DNA of 64,000 nucleotides from Amphiscolops sp. MND2022 (Eukaryota), in assembly GCA_964187785.1 (NCBI GenBank), contig OZ076413.1, positions 41,418,001 to 41,482,000 on the forward strand, in the 5' to 3' direction. Numbering within the stretch: the first letter of the stretch is position 1; each line of letters starts with the position of its first letter. Positions 1 through 11,857 of this stretch are shown in pieces. A program made the translations under genes and the position numbers. The notes below the pieces were generated by a model that was not told the origin of the DNA, searched no databases, and worked only from the letters and a program-made list of their open reading frames with translations.

Positions 1-837
1 AAAATCATTAGGAACTATTTGATCGATTCAAACTCATGATAACATTTGAATCATGAAGTCATTGAAAAAAATCAATCGAACACGTTTTTTTAGTCAAGTT
101 TGGTCATGCTACTGAAATTTCTCTGAAAATGCTTGAGAATTGCTTGATATATCCTGCAAAAAAGTGAAAATGTTTTTTTAAAAAAAATAAACACATCTCC
201 AAACATCAAAGCAGGTATTCTACTCGAAACCGAACGTACCCGTCTCTTGAAAACATGGCTCTCAAAATTACGATAGGAATGAAAGCAAATAGATGCACAA
301 TTTCATTTCTTGCAATCAAGGAAAACCGCCATAGCCTTGATTGGAACGTTAGAATTTCTTTGTTAGAAGTTTCCCTATTTTTAATACATGAGAATCCCAA
401 GGGGTCTAATAGGAGTCGGAAGCCTAACCAAGTAAACGGTCTCAAAATGACACCGGTCAACATCAAAGGATGCACTTTGCGTGGGGTAAGAAGTTTTTGC
501 GGGAAACAGCCGAAGGAACAAATTTGGTTTCTCAGAGGCGGAGCGGTGGCCTCATTGAAGGATTTTACTCTGCGAAAATTCGATTGTTGAAGGAAACCAA
601 TTCTTTCCGGTTTCCAATCGGATATTGATTGCTAGAGTTATGTGAGCAGGATTTTTAGGCTTTTACAATTCTTTCATTTTTTCTGATCGACCAAACACGC
701 GCAATTACTTTAGTACACAGTTACAAAAGCACAGACCAAAATGGCTGAATCTGTTTCGGTTCTGTTAGAGTCCGGGCTCTCCGTTAAATGCTTGAGTTTG
801 TACGCGTCACGCGAAAGCGGGAAAATATGATTACCAG

Positions 838-922
838 AAAACTCAACACAAGAAAACTCAACACAAGAAAACTAAACGCAAGAAAACTCAACACAGAAAA
901 CTCAACACAAAAACTCAACACA
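838..922. repeat. Short tandem array of ~15-bp unit AAAACTCAACACAAG (~6 units)
   Basis: Units read directly; a near-identical block recurs at ~1403-1472. Confidence 0.9.
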
Positions 923-1332
923 TTTAAATAATTTCAATTAACACCTCAATTGAGTTCAATTTCCGGATTAAACAATTCCTTAAATGCCGTAAAGGATTGT
1001 ACAAGAAACTTTAGGTCATACTTGAGTTTTTCAAATATGCAGTACGCAAATTCTGAGCAGTTTTCGGATCAGCAGTTTCGATCTAATAGTTTTTCATAAT
1101 GGGATTAAATGGTAATTACACTTTTTGACACAAATTCTATGAGAATTGAAAACAAATTAAAACTGAATGTTGGGTGAAAATGACCATCTTCTGAACGGTT
1201 TTTTGTCTACTGAATTGTTGGGCAAGATAACATCAAAATTGAAAAACTCAACGAGAACGAGGGAAAATCATCATAATGTGCATCTGATTTTAATAACTTT
1301 GGCAAATACCGAATTTTGGCAAATTTCATGCC

Positions 1333-1586
1333 GAATTTTGGAATGCTAATCAAAGGTAAATTAGATATTAAATCAAGTGCAAGGTATATTGGGGTACGAA
1401 ATACTCAACACAAGAAAACTCAACACAAGAAAACTAAACGCAAAAAAACTCAACACAGAAAACTCAACACATTTTAGACTAGATTCTATTTTTTTAACTA
1501 TTTTCTTGTGTTGAGTATTTCGTACCCCAATATACCTTGCACTTGATTTAATATCTAATTTACCTTTGATTAGCATTCCAAAATTC
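1333..1586. repeat. Perfect 86-bp inverted repeat (arms 1333-1418 and 1501-1586) with an 82-bp spacer
   Basis: GAATTTTGGAATGC...CACAAGAAAA is the exact reverse complement of TTTTCTTGTG...GCATTCCAAAATTC; the spacer contains the 15-mer array. Confidence 0.92.
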
Positions 1587-1906
1587 ATTGAACATCAATT
1601 CTTAAAAGAATGACATTTTTTCGTCCAAACTTTCTTTACGTTTCAAATCCATACTAAGACAAAGGGTTTGATTTTTTAACTTCTCAAAGAAGAGCGATTT
1701 GGAGTCCTGGGGTACAGGAAAGACCAATGAGTCCCTTTGGCTTTTTTGGCTCTATTCCATTTTTTGACATTTTTAAAACCGAAAGGACCTTTTGATATTC
1801 AGCAGAAACACAGCGCTTTGCGAGCACAGAAGGCTCCCTAGAAAATTTTTGGCTCTGTGCGAAAAAATTTTCCACAGTTACTATTATTCTTCGAGGCTTC
1901 CTGTTA

Positions 1907-2455
1907 CCTTGGTTGGAACTGCTTGAACTTTTTACAAGTTTTTGTAGGTTACCAAGCTAATTTTTCATGATTTTATAAAATTCTCAAGGAAACCTCCATG
2001 CATTAAAGTTTCACTGATGCAATTTAAATTTATCAAGCTGCCTATAAGATGCATCCTAAATCTGGCAGCAATTCTGAGCCGCGAAGTTCTACAGTTTTCA
2101 TAAAGATGCCGTTCTAATTTTGAAAGCAGCTGAGACCTTCGTCAAATTTACCGCGGTTTCAATGCCAATAAATTTCAGTCGCATTATAAGTTTCAAAGTA
2201 GCCTCATATTCAGCGTGCTATTTGACTAACGGTGTTTACATAAGGTACTTACTTGAGAAACTTACGCGTGAAAACAAAGTGATCGTGATGGTGAAGAAGT
2301 GTGAATGTTTTCAGTTTTAACTCAAATAGTGAAAGCTGCATAGTAATCCTCCAAAATGTTTCCATGCATGGTCCCTGAATTTTTCATGTTTTATAAAAAA
2401 ATTGCCGGCATTTTTTGAAGGTGCCTGTAAAACTTCGCGGCAACTTCGACTAGGG
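1907..2455 (-). mobile_element. Diverged copy of the 549-bp non-autonomous DNA transposon (family A)
   Basis: CCTTGGTTGGAACTGC...CTTCGACTAGGG, 549 bp, flanked TA/TA; resembles the reverse complement of 14160-14708. Confidence 0.65.
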
Positions 2456-2721
2456 TACGCAAAACCGTTGTCGAGTCTTAAGGGTGACATATTTATTAAA
2501 TTTTATTCTTGGTCTCGTGGGACTTATGAGAGTTTTGTCGATAATTGCGGATAAGACCTACTCTTTTTGTGACTGCGTGCGACTTTTTGGGAAGCTTTTT
2601 CTTTCACTAGATGTTCGCTGCTTCGGTTTTGTTGATGTTTTCAGCTTATGAAAGGCGTTTGAGCGTTTTTCGAGCCTGAATAGTCACACCTTTGGGTAAT
2701 TGGTAATTTCAAACAATTTTT

Positions 2722-4931
2722 TTGCAAAAAGCCATAATATCGGATTTTTGTAATATTCGTCGTTTAGAAAAAGTCAGAAAGATCCCTCTTGGAAAATTTC
2801 TGATGTACCACTGTACGAAAAGATCGCAGTGCCACTGTGTCTAATGCGTTTTTAGCAGAATATAAGAAACATATCACAAGACCACAGCGCATTTTTTTTG
2901 CTGATTTCAAGGGTTACTTTAATAACAAAGCATTCTGGCGCTGATATTCATGCTTCAAAAGAATTTGAGTCTAATTTTATGCTGAATGATGGTTGATTTT
3001 CATGGCTATGCTATTCAGATAAATTATGCAGAGTAAATTTATTCGCAGCGGACAAATGAGTTCGGTTTCCAGGATACAGTTCCGTGAAATGCGCGTGTTT
3101 TCTCTCAGTTTGATGTCTAATTTTCTGGGTCTTGTAGGGACATGTTTTGACTTCATGAAACCTAAAAAAGATTGACACGCATCTATTTTTGGCATTTTGA
3201 AATGATGTTAGAATTGTGTAATTGTGCTAGAAATAGGATACCTTCTAATAAAAGTAAGGGAGCACTTCTGAATAAGTTGATGAAACAAAATGGAATACAG
3301 TTGAAAGTAGAAGTTGCAAAAAGCCATAATATCGGATTTTTGTAATATTCATCGTTTAGAAAAAGTCAGAAAGATCCCTCTTGGAAAATTTCTGATGTAC
3401 CACTGTACGAAAAGATCGCAGTGCCACTGTGTCTAATGCGTTTTTAGCAGAATATAAGAAACATATCACAAGACCACAGCGCATTTTTTTTCGCTGATTT
3501 CAAGGGTTACCTTAATAACAAAGCATTCTGGCGCTGATATTCATGTTTCAAAAGAATTTGAGTCTAATTTTATGCTGAATGATGGTTGATTTTCATGGGT
3601 ATGCTATTTAGATAAATTATGCAGAGTAAATTTATTCGCAGCGGACAAATGAGTTCGGTTTCCAGGATATAGTTCCGTGGAATGTGCGTGTTTTCTCTCA
3701 GTTTGATGTCTAATTTTCTGGGTCTTGTAGGGATTTCTGCAACAACCCTCGGCCAAATTTGTTCACCGACGGGTGTCATTTCCGAATTCTTATTTATTGC
3801 TATTAAGGTTGACCCAGCTAACTGAGCATACAAATGATCATGTTTTCTAGAAAATCTTGCAATTCGGAAATGACAACCGCCTGTAAACAAAGTTGGAAGA
3901 GGTTTGTTAATATATAAAATATTAATATATCAAATATTAATATATAAAATATTGATAAATCAAATAGTAATATATCAAATGTTCTAGAAAAAGACAATCC
4001 GAATTTAATTTTATCTTTAATACATTGCTAATGCCCTTCACCATGAAATCAACTTTAGAGATAAAAACCGGACAACCCGATATCGGAGAGTATTAGCAAC
4101 GGAAACCGACTCTTGTTGTGTAAAATTTCGTACAGTTTTTTCACGCAGTAAAGTGTACGGCAAAAGAAATTTTCAAGTGAGAAAACTTTTGACCTTTGTT
4201 CAGGAATCTCAAGATGTCCCTTGCTACTTGGCAAAGGTGGTAGAGATAACCTTTTGGCGCGTTTTATCGGAATATATGCATGGATTGTACAGAATTCGTA
4301 CAGTATGTGCATATTTTTTGAGAGGTACTTACAAAGAGCATTTTCATCGATTTCAACAGAATTCACTTCTTCCCGGGGCATTCCAAAAATGTGTTATTCA
4401 GCGAGTTTGATTAAAAATTTGTGGAAATTTCAAGATAGCAAAAGAGCTTATTCTCTGCACTGTGTAACATTTCGGTTTAATTTTCGAAATTTTTTATTGA
4501 GTGGTACTTAAGTGAAAGCATCCTTAATTGTTGAACATCACGTATTCTTTTGTGAAAATGCTCATTGAAAATTAGTTGCTTTCGAGGCAAATCACTGCTG
4601 CATGAATGGTGAACAGGTTTTCAATCAGACAATGAATACATCAATCCATTCAACTTACAATATAATAAATGATGTTCTCCTATGATATGAGCATCACAAA
4701 ATAATACAATCAGCAAAAAACTAGACTTTGAAGATAGTTAATTATTTAAACATGTTTTGACTTCATGAAACTTTAAAAAGATGGACACGCATCTATTTTT
4801 GGCATTTTGAAATGATGTTAGAATTGTGTAATTGTGCTAGAAATAGTCTAATTCTAAACCTTCTAAATAAAAGTAAGGGAGCACTTCTGAATAAGTTGAT
4901 GAAACAAAATGGAATACACTTGAAAGTAGAA
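2722..4931. repeat. Local tandem duplication with a ~1-kb indel
   Basis: 2722-3140 matches 3314-3733 and 3141-3312 matches 4751-4931; 3734-4750 has no counterpart in the first copy. Confidence 0.9.
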
Positions 4932-5089
4932 TGACGAACGAACGTAGTTCAGAAGAAGACGAACGGGGTTGTTTGTAGAAACTAGCACCAATCAAGGCTT
5001 CAAATGACAATTCAGCATGAACGGTCGAGTTTCAATCAAAACAGTGTTCGAGAGAGTCTTATAAAAAAGTCATAAATATATTTGCAAAT

Positions 5090-7455
5090 TTGTGGAAAAA
5101 TGAACTCGGGCAGAATCTTTCCCCAGCAAGATCAACATAGCCAATGTTGTTCACTTATTTAAAAAAATGACAAAACTCAGCCTGAAAATCACAGACACAT
5201 CAGCATATTGAGTCCAATAGGCAAAAAAACTGAGTTCTTCTGAAACAAATGAAAAGTTTCTTCACAAGAAACAACCTATTTCTGTCCAACTAAATTGGTT
5301 TTCATAGCTACCAAAATTGTTCCCAGCCCGGGTTGACCCTCTTACTAGCATCTTGGCTGTCTTGGCAAGATCTTGTCAAATTCTTAGTACATCTTGGCAG
5401 CCATGGATCCCATGGCAAGATTCTTATTAAGATCTTACTAAGATAATACTAATTCCAAGATCGTATCTTATCACGATGGACAAAATTTTAAGATTAATAA
5501 AAAACACTATACCTTCGGTACAAGCAGCCGAGACTCAATCTAAAGGCTCATTTCACCCAACAACGACTATTTCTACTCGTTTTCATAATCAAAATGCTTA
5601 AACCTGCTGAAAAAATTTTGCATGCAAAAATGCGTGAAAAATTACGATAACGTAGTCTGGCTTCAGAAATTCTGACGAGAATCCTAATAATTCCTCACCT
5701 GTTTAAGACTGAAAAATGCCGAATGTACCAAATGAAAGGTAATTTCAAGGGCTTTTCAAAACTTGTAATTTATCATTCCTGTCGATTCCAGAGACGGAGA
5801 AATATGCTCTCAAACGTCCAGATCCACTATCGGAAAGTTACAAAGGAAAGACCTTAAAATCCTGAAATTTTTGTAAAAATCAAATTTCCATCTTTCTTTG
5901 AGCCTGTTTAGCAGCCTTATTACTGCTAAAAACGGCGGTCATTGCTCTATTTTGGGTAATGATTCAGCTCAAGGCTTATCTGACGCCGTTTTTGGCGACA
6001 GTTTTGCATTTGAAAAAAAAATCGATATCGAAATGGTTGTAAAAATCATTCAGTAATTTTGTTTTGAGTGATGTCGACTATTTTTGCATAACTCTTAATT
6101 TAATGGTTTTCTGATTCTACTTTTTCTCGATATCGAGCAGTTCGTAGCAATTTTTTTCTTGCCATATTCGGCTTCTTAGTTAGATTTTTCTTGCCATATT
6201 GGGCTTCTTAGTAAGATTTTTCTTGGAAACATGGCTCTCTTGATAAGATCTTACCATGGCATCTTGCAATTCTTGGCAATATCTTGTCACGATCTTAGCT
6301 AAGAATTTTCCAAGATCTTGGCAAGATCTTGCCAAGATCTTACTAAGATATCCATGGAGGGTCGACCCGGGAGGCTATAGCTGAAGTTGCAGATAACTTC
6401 AGAAACGAAATCGACTAGCTCGGCTCAGGACTTGCATGCTTCAATATTTTTTCAAAACTTTCAATACGCTAGACCATTCTCTTGAAGAAGCTGTACAGAT
6501 GTGGGTTAGGAGGAACAGTGCACAATCTCATTAGACACCATTTAACACACAAAATGCAATTTATTAAAAATAGAAGCAAACAAATCAAACAAGCAGTCAA
6601 GGACGTGTGGAGTTCCATAGAACTCCATCCTCTTGAGTAAAGAACTTTATACGCTAATTATATAACTGTAAAGAAGTTAGATCGGAACAACATCACATCA
6701 AACTGCTGGTGGTTTTCGGCGTAATAAAAATGGCTTATCACTAACAAACTGACTGTTCATGTTAAAAAATGCACAGCTGTCAGCCGTGTACAGGCCCTGC
6801 CTGACGATGCTTTCTACATAACTTCCATTGAAGGGGCACTGCGAATATCTTGGTCACATATCGACACAAAACTTCATCTCGAAGACCATATTAACAATGT
6901 AACAAAAAGAATGTTTTCCACCACGTGCTTTATCATGCTCATTAAAACAAGGGCAAAACGAAATACAGCCTTTGGTTTGATGGTTTATGGCGGTATTGCA
7001 AAAACTGTTTTCAAAATGATCAAAAAATCGCAGAGAAGAATACTGAGATACTGAGCGGAATTTTTCTCGAAAAGCGATGCACTTCTCTGAGGAATAAAAA
7101 TATGCAAGAATCACATTGTATAAAATTGAGCTTGTTCGAGAGTTTTTAAAACAGCTTAGAGGTAAATCGCTGTTTGAAATTGTTTTCAATGTGAGCACTC
7201 GAAGAAAAAATGTCTTTTATCAAAAGTTCACTGTCGAACAATCCTCCACCGACGATCGTTGAAAAACACAATCTTCAGAACCTGCAACTGTGAACATACT
7301 GTCAACCTATTCCCCAAGTATCTGGTTTCAAATATGTTAGAAATCTCTTTCGGGTGATTCACAAAAAAATGCGTGACTATCACTGAGATACAAACTTGAG
7401 AAGTTGTTTTCCACTGTAAATTGCTTTTAGCCCAACTGGCACTAAGAAAAGACAC
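5090..7455 (+). pseudogene. Degenerate non-LTR retrotransposon (CR1/L2-like LINE) reverse transcriptase, split by a DNA-transposon insertion
   Basis: Frameshifted translations FPSKINIANVVHLFKK..QPENHRHISILSPIGK, AIAEVADNFRNEID..GLACF..KTFNTLDH, LKKLYRCGLGG, CGVP and YLG..IDTKLHLEDHIN follow LINE RT motif order; many stops; interrupted at 5327-6371. Confidence 0.8.
5327..6371 (+). mobile_element. 1045-bp non-autonomous DNA transposon (family B; CCC...GGG ends, 2-bp TSD; CACTA/CMC-like), copy 1
   Basis: TIR CCCGGGTTGACCCTC / GAGGGTCGACCCGGG; AG/AG flanks; subterminal ATCTTGGCAAGAT-type repeats; ~99% identical to 31880-32924. Confidence 0.92.
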
Positions 7456-9142
7456 AAAACATCCGCTGAGCACCAGTTTAATTTTCGGCCTGAATTTTTC
7501 TAACAAAAAAGTCTCTTTAGGTCAGCAGCGTAGCCACTACACTACGCTAGTTGCACATAAACTTGAAAAATTGCTTCAAATTGGGCACTTTTTTGCTACG
7601 AACTGAACTATGAACCTATGGCACGAACCTGAGTTTTTAAACGTTCATCACCGAGGAAATCGTTTTAGCTGAGATGTGGAAGATAGCACTACTAATTTGG
7701 CTGCTGGTTTTGGGCGAAGACCGACCTGGAGGGACGCAAAGCGACTTGCATGGGGGCAGACCGAGTCATACAACCAATAATCACAGCTGCTGTCATTTTT
7801 CATCGGAATTCATATCCAACGATTCGAGTAATAGTCGTTAATGAAATATCGATGTACTGTTTCACGGCCATATGTCATGAAACTTCAGACCTGAGTTTGA
7901 AGAATAATCGAACCACCTTTAGATGTCATTAACACTTACTGAAAAAAATCATCCATTCATCTAAAATTCTTCATTTTTGCCACTCTGCTGACAAGGATTC
8001 AGCATGAACTATTTTCAATTCGGACACAATGAATTCGAGTATGTTGTAGATACCCTATAGTCTGGTCTTTTTCAGATAGTATGGTCTTTTTTCAGCAATA
8101 TATTTTTGGTTGTTCGGAACGATTGTATGAGATAAAATGTAACAAAACTACCATCTTGAGACTCCCTAGAGCTATCACGAAACCAATTGATAGTTTTTTT
8201 CTATCCAACCTGAAAACAAACAACTATGTTGCAAAAGGTATTAATTTTTAATGGAAGCGTAACACAAGTTTGATTTCATCAATAACGTTCACTCTTGCGA
8301 CTACAAGACTGCTTCATGTAAACTCTTCCCACTTCCTGTGATTCCGTGTTGCTCCGGACAAGTTGGAAGCACTTTTTGGCAGGAGACGGGGAAAGACCTC
8401 CGCCTCTGTTGCGGTATCAATGCACCACGGTGGCCAAAAACAGTTGTGAAAATTGATGCTTCTTTGCGCTTTCAACTTGAATCCTACACTTGGACTGCTA
8501 TCCCACTAGCAAGTGTTGTATGAAACTAAATTATTCATATACGCTTCAATACACGGTCGATCACGGCTGATTACATAAGAACAAAAAACGCGGGAAAGAA
8601 GAAATCCCGTGCTTCCCAAAATTGAGGAAACAATCAATCCAATCTACTTCTGAACAGGTTCGCATTAAATGTGCCGCGCGTGACTTGATAAAAAAGGAAG
8701 CCGCCATATTTTCTATTCAATTTTCATGCTTCGAGGGTGAAAATATGGCAAATATGGAAATATCAAATTAAATTTAGTTCATTTCGTTTAGAAGTAAAGT
8801 CCTGATTTAAAGGAATGCGACTTACTAGATATGTTTAGAGTTTAGACTTACTAGAGTTTAGAATTTTGCCGTTTCGATGGAACAGTTTCCTTCAACCGGA
8901 CTTCCTTATTAAGCTTTTTTTGGGGTTTCATCTGTCATATTTTTAGATTCAAGTGAGGGTCTATGCTTTTTCTGATATGCTTCAAAACGTTGTGTGGTTG
9001 TGTTAGGTTGTTTCATTAGCAATTAGAGTTCCTAAGACTTCTGTATTCTGGTTTTGGCACTGAAAGAACTGTATGATATATTAGAAATGATTTCTTTAAA
9101 AGAACGTATGCGTATGATAATTTATTATTGTATATGGACACT

Positions 9143-10750
9143 GTCATAGCGACAACTCATATCAGGCGGTAACACGTACAAAGGGACAACTCATCAATTA
9201 TGAAAAAGCGATAACAAATGTCAACTTTGAATTGAAACACACAAAAAAATCTCTTGGTAGTTTATAATTCAGTTTTGTTCGCTAAACCTTCTACGTTCTA
9301 CTGGGTTTGAGTCGCTCGTTATCTTCAGCATACTTTGCATTTTTTGCGCGGCTGTTTTGTAGATTGGTTACGAATTTGAAATTTCAACTCTTTCCAGTTT
9401 TGTTCTTTCCTGGGAAACGGTAGAAGTTTACCAAATGTAACAGCAAGCGCTGAGCGTTTGTTACGCCACAATAGGGACAAACCACTATGACACTTGGTCA
9501 TTTTACCTCCCGAGGAGTGGAACCGTCTTAAAGGATGCTCTCCGGCCTGAGTCCAGTCTGTAACTGCTGAGAATAACGGGCATTATTCTTTTTTCTCTTC
9601 ACAACCACCGTTCAGACAGCCTTTAAAAACAATGCCAAGGATAAACAGTGTAAATTTCCTTCTTCAGGGTGACATCGGAATCTAAAATTCGGAATAGTAT
9701 CTAAAACTAGTGCTCGAGCTAGTTAATACAGCTAAACACCATGAAAATACAGTAAAGCACGCATGAATATGGCAAACCACACAGCTACAAGCTGGGGAGC
9801 AGGGGCTCCAAGCACCAAGCAAGGATATTTAAGCGAAAAGACTCATTTCACCGATTCTTGCTACATTGGGTAACATAACTCTGAAAATTGGTAAAAACCG
9901 GGGTTAGCACCTCAGAAAGAGTCTTTTTAGAGTTCTCTAAGCTCTCAAGCTGTTTCGTTCTCCGTGTTCCTGCTCGGTCGTCTCCGCGGGCGGCTTGCCT
10001 CGTCTTCTGAACTGCTTTTTTTGGCAGGTTCTTTGGCCAAAACATGCTCAATTTGCCACGTCAGATTTGAACAAATTTTTGGTCGATTGTTTTGAAATCT
10101 CGTTGTACCAGAGGGTTCCGTTACAAAATGTGGAATGTGGCTACTTTGATAATATCACTTATATAATATGCGTGCTCTGAACTAACTAGCGCTTGATATT
10201 TAATTTCCTGTTTGGTCGAAAATGAAGTTTAAAACGCATGCTCATACTAAAAACTGTTTTTTTTTCTTCATATCAATTTGAAGTGTCGATTGAACATTTG
10301 GATTGATCCGAAAGCTATCAATTCAATTTCGAAAGCATAAGTTGACAAATGGCAAATAGGTTGACAAAAGTCAACCCCTCACAAGCATTATTGACGAGCA
10401 TAATCTTAGTGTTTTAGGTAATTTTCAAAATCTATTTATACCACGTTCAAAATAACCCAATTTTTTGTTCTTCAGCGAGATGAGTGTGATTGATTTTACA
10501 ATGACGTCATTGTTAGTTGAGCTAGTCAATACTACACACTCAACAGTCACAATGTGTTATCAAATTGACACCGAGGCGTTTTTTGAGCCGTGAGTTAACT
10601 GATATCAAATTAAAATCAGTTAGCACTTGATATTATTCACCGAATTAAATATGAGTTGTCGCTTGATATGAGCTGTTGATTGATATGAATTGTCGCTTTT
10701 TTCAAATTGATGGGTTGTTGACTGATAGGAAAAGAGTTGTTGCCATACGA
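9143..10750. mobile_element. Degenerate foldback-type element with GCGACAACTCATATCA-repeat arms, interrupted by a solo LTR
   Basis: Left-arm repeats at ~9148-9200, inverted repeats (ATGAGTTGTCGC) at ~10650-10745; same motif family as 49738-50135. Boundaries approximate. Confidence 0.55.
9436..10125 (-). mobile_element. Solo LTR related to the LTRs at 20340/28374
   Basis: TGTAAC...GTTACA termini; its reverse complement aligns to the 782-bp LTR (e.g. the AAGCGAAAAGACTCATTT..TTAGCACCTC block), about 80% identical in the best block by eye. Confidence 0.85.
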
Positions 10751-10886
10751 TAGACACAGTATTAAGGAAACAAAAGTAGATTATTGTTTTTGTCTGAACC
10801 TTTCGTATAAATACCGACACCAATCATCACTGGGTTAATGATAGTACGTACATAGTCAATGTAGCTCGAAAATTGATGTAAAGATG

Positions 10887-11180
10887 CCCTAGTTGAGACC
10901 GGAACGTCTCACATGCTGCAGGCCTGTAGGTAGTAGTACTTTTTGTAAAACCTGAAAAACTCAGTGAGCATCCGATGGTAAATCCGATGGAAATTACACT
11001 CCAATTGTTCACACTTTCGCAATTAAAATTGATCCTAATTTCCACTTCGTTAACAACACGATCACGTTGTATTCACACTGTGTTTTCTTGACTACTCGTC
11101 TGATGCAGTCACTACCTCTAAAATAGCACGCTGAAGATGAGACCAGATAGCATTTCATATTCTGACTGAAGTTACTTTGC
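10887..11180 (+). mobile_element. 5' part of a family A element
   Basis: Starts CCCTAGTTGAGAC, then CATGCTGCAGGCCTG..AAAACCTGAAAAA..AATAGCACGCTGAAGATGA as in 14160-14460. Confidence 0.6.
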
Positions 11181-11323
11181 ACGTTCAAAAAAGTACAAAC
11201 GAGTTATACAAGAGCAGATATGCTGAAAAAGGAACAATATATCGTTTGTAAATGTCTTCCCAAGTGGGACCAGAAGCTCTTTAGTTTTAAGCATTTCATC
11301 CCAACAGATTCGCTCACTGATCA

Positions 11324-11857
11324 CCCTTGTTGAAATTGCTTGTTGAAACTTTTTCATGCACTTAAATGTTGCCAGCAACTTTCATCATCGTTTTCTACAC
11401 CTTTTACGGAAACTCGTATCTGGAAATATTTTCCTGTTGTATTCGACTTTTATCAAGCTGGTAGAACGGTTCGTCAAAGTTTTTGCGTCAATTTTAAGAC
11501 GTGAAATTTGCAGATTTTACTAAGAAACACTTCTATTTTTAAATGCAACAAAGTGCTATCATTTTGCTATTGCATTTTTCTTCAGTCGCCGAACAAACTG
11601 CAAACAAGTGTCATGTTTAGTGTCCTATCTGAGAAGCGGTGATCACATCGGATGAGTAGTTGAGAAAACAATTTCTGAATACAATGTGTCGGTAATAAAA
11701 TGGGATTAGGTTTCAAATTTGAATGCAGTAGTCAAAAACGCTGTGCAATTCTACTAGATTTACCACCGGAACCTCATTGAACTTTCTAGGTTTCATAAAA
11801 AATTACTCTGCATGCAGGCCTGCATCATGTAAAAAGTTGCAGCAGTCTCAACTGGGG
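11324..11857 (-). mobile_element. Family A non-autonomous DNA transposon
   Basis: CCCTTGTTGAAATTGC...GCAGTCTCAACTGGGG, CA/CA flanks; reverse-complement similarity to 14160-14708. Confidence 0.75.

Noticed and set aside
4100..4511. Possible LINE RT fragment (MCIFF...QRAF)
   Set aside because: Too degenerate to support without an alignment.
7674..7841. 55-aa plus-strand ORF with a signal-peptide-like start (MWKIALLIWLLVLG)
   Set aside because: Short, no recognisable homology, and such ORFs are expected by chance in 64 kb.
8090..8209. Possible next nAChR exon (minus-strand acceptor TTTTCAG then G TTG GAT, giving W-L-D)
   Set aside because: The continuation RKKLSIGFVIALG lacks the L-x-W and W-x-PD motifs and hits a stop.
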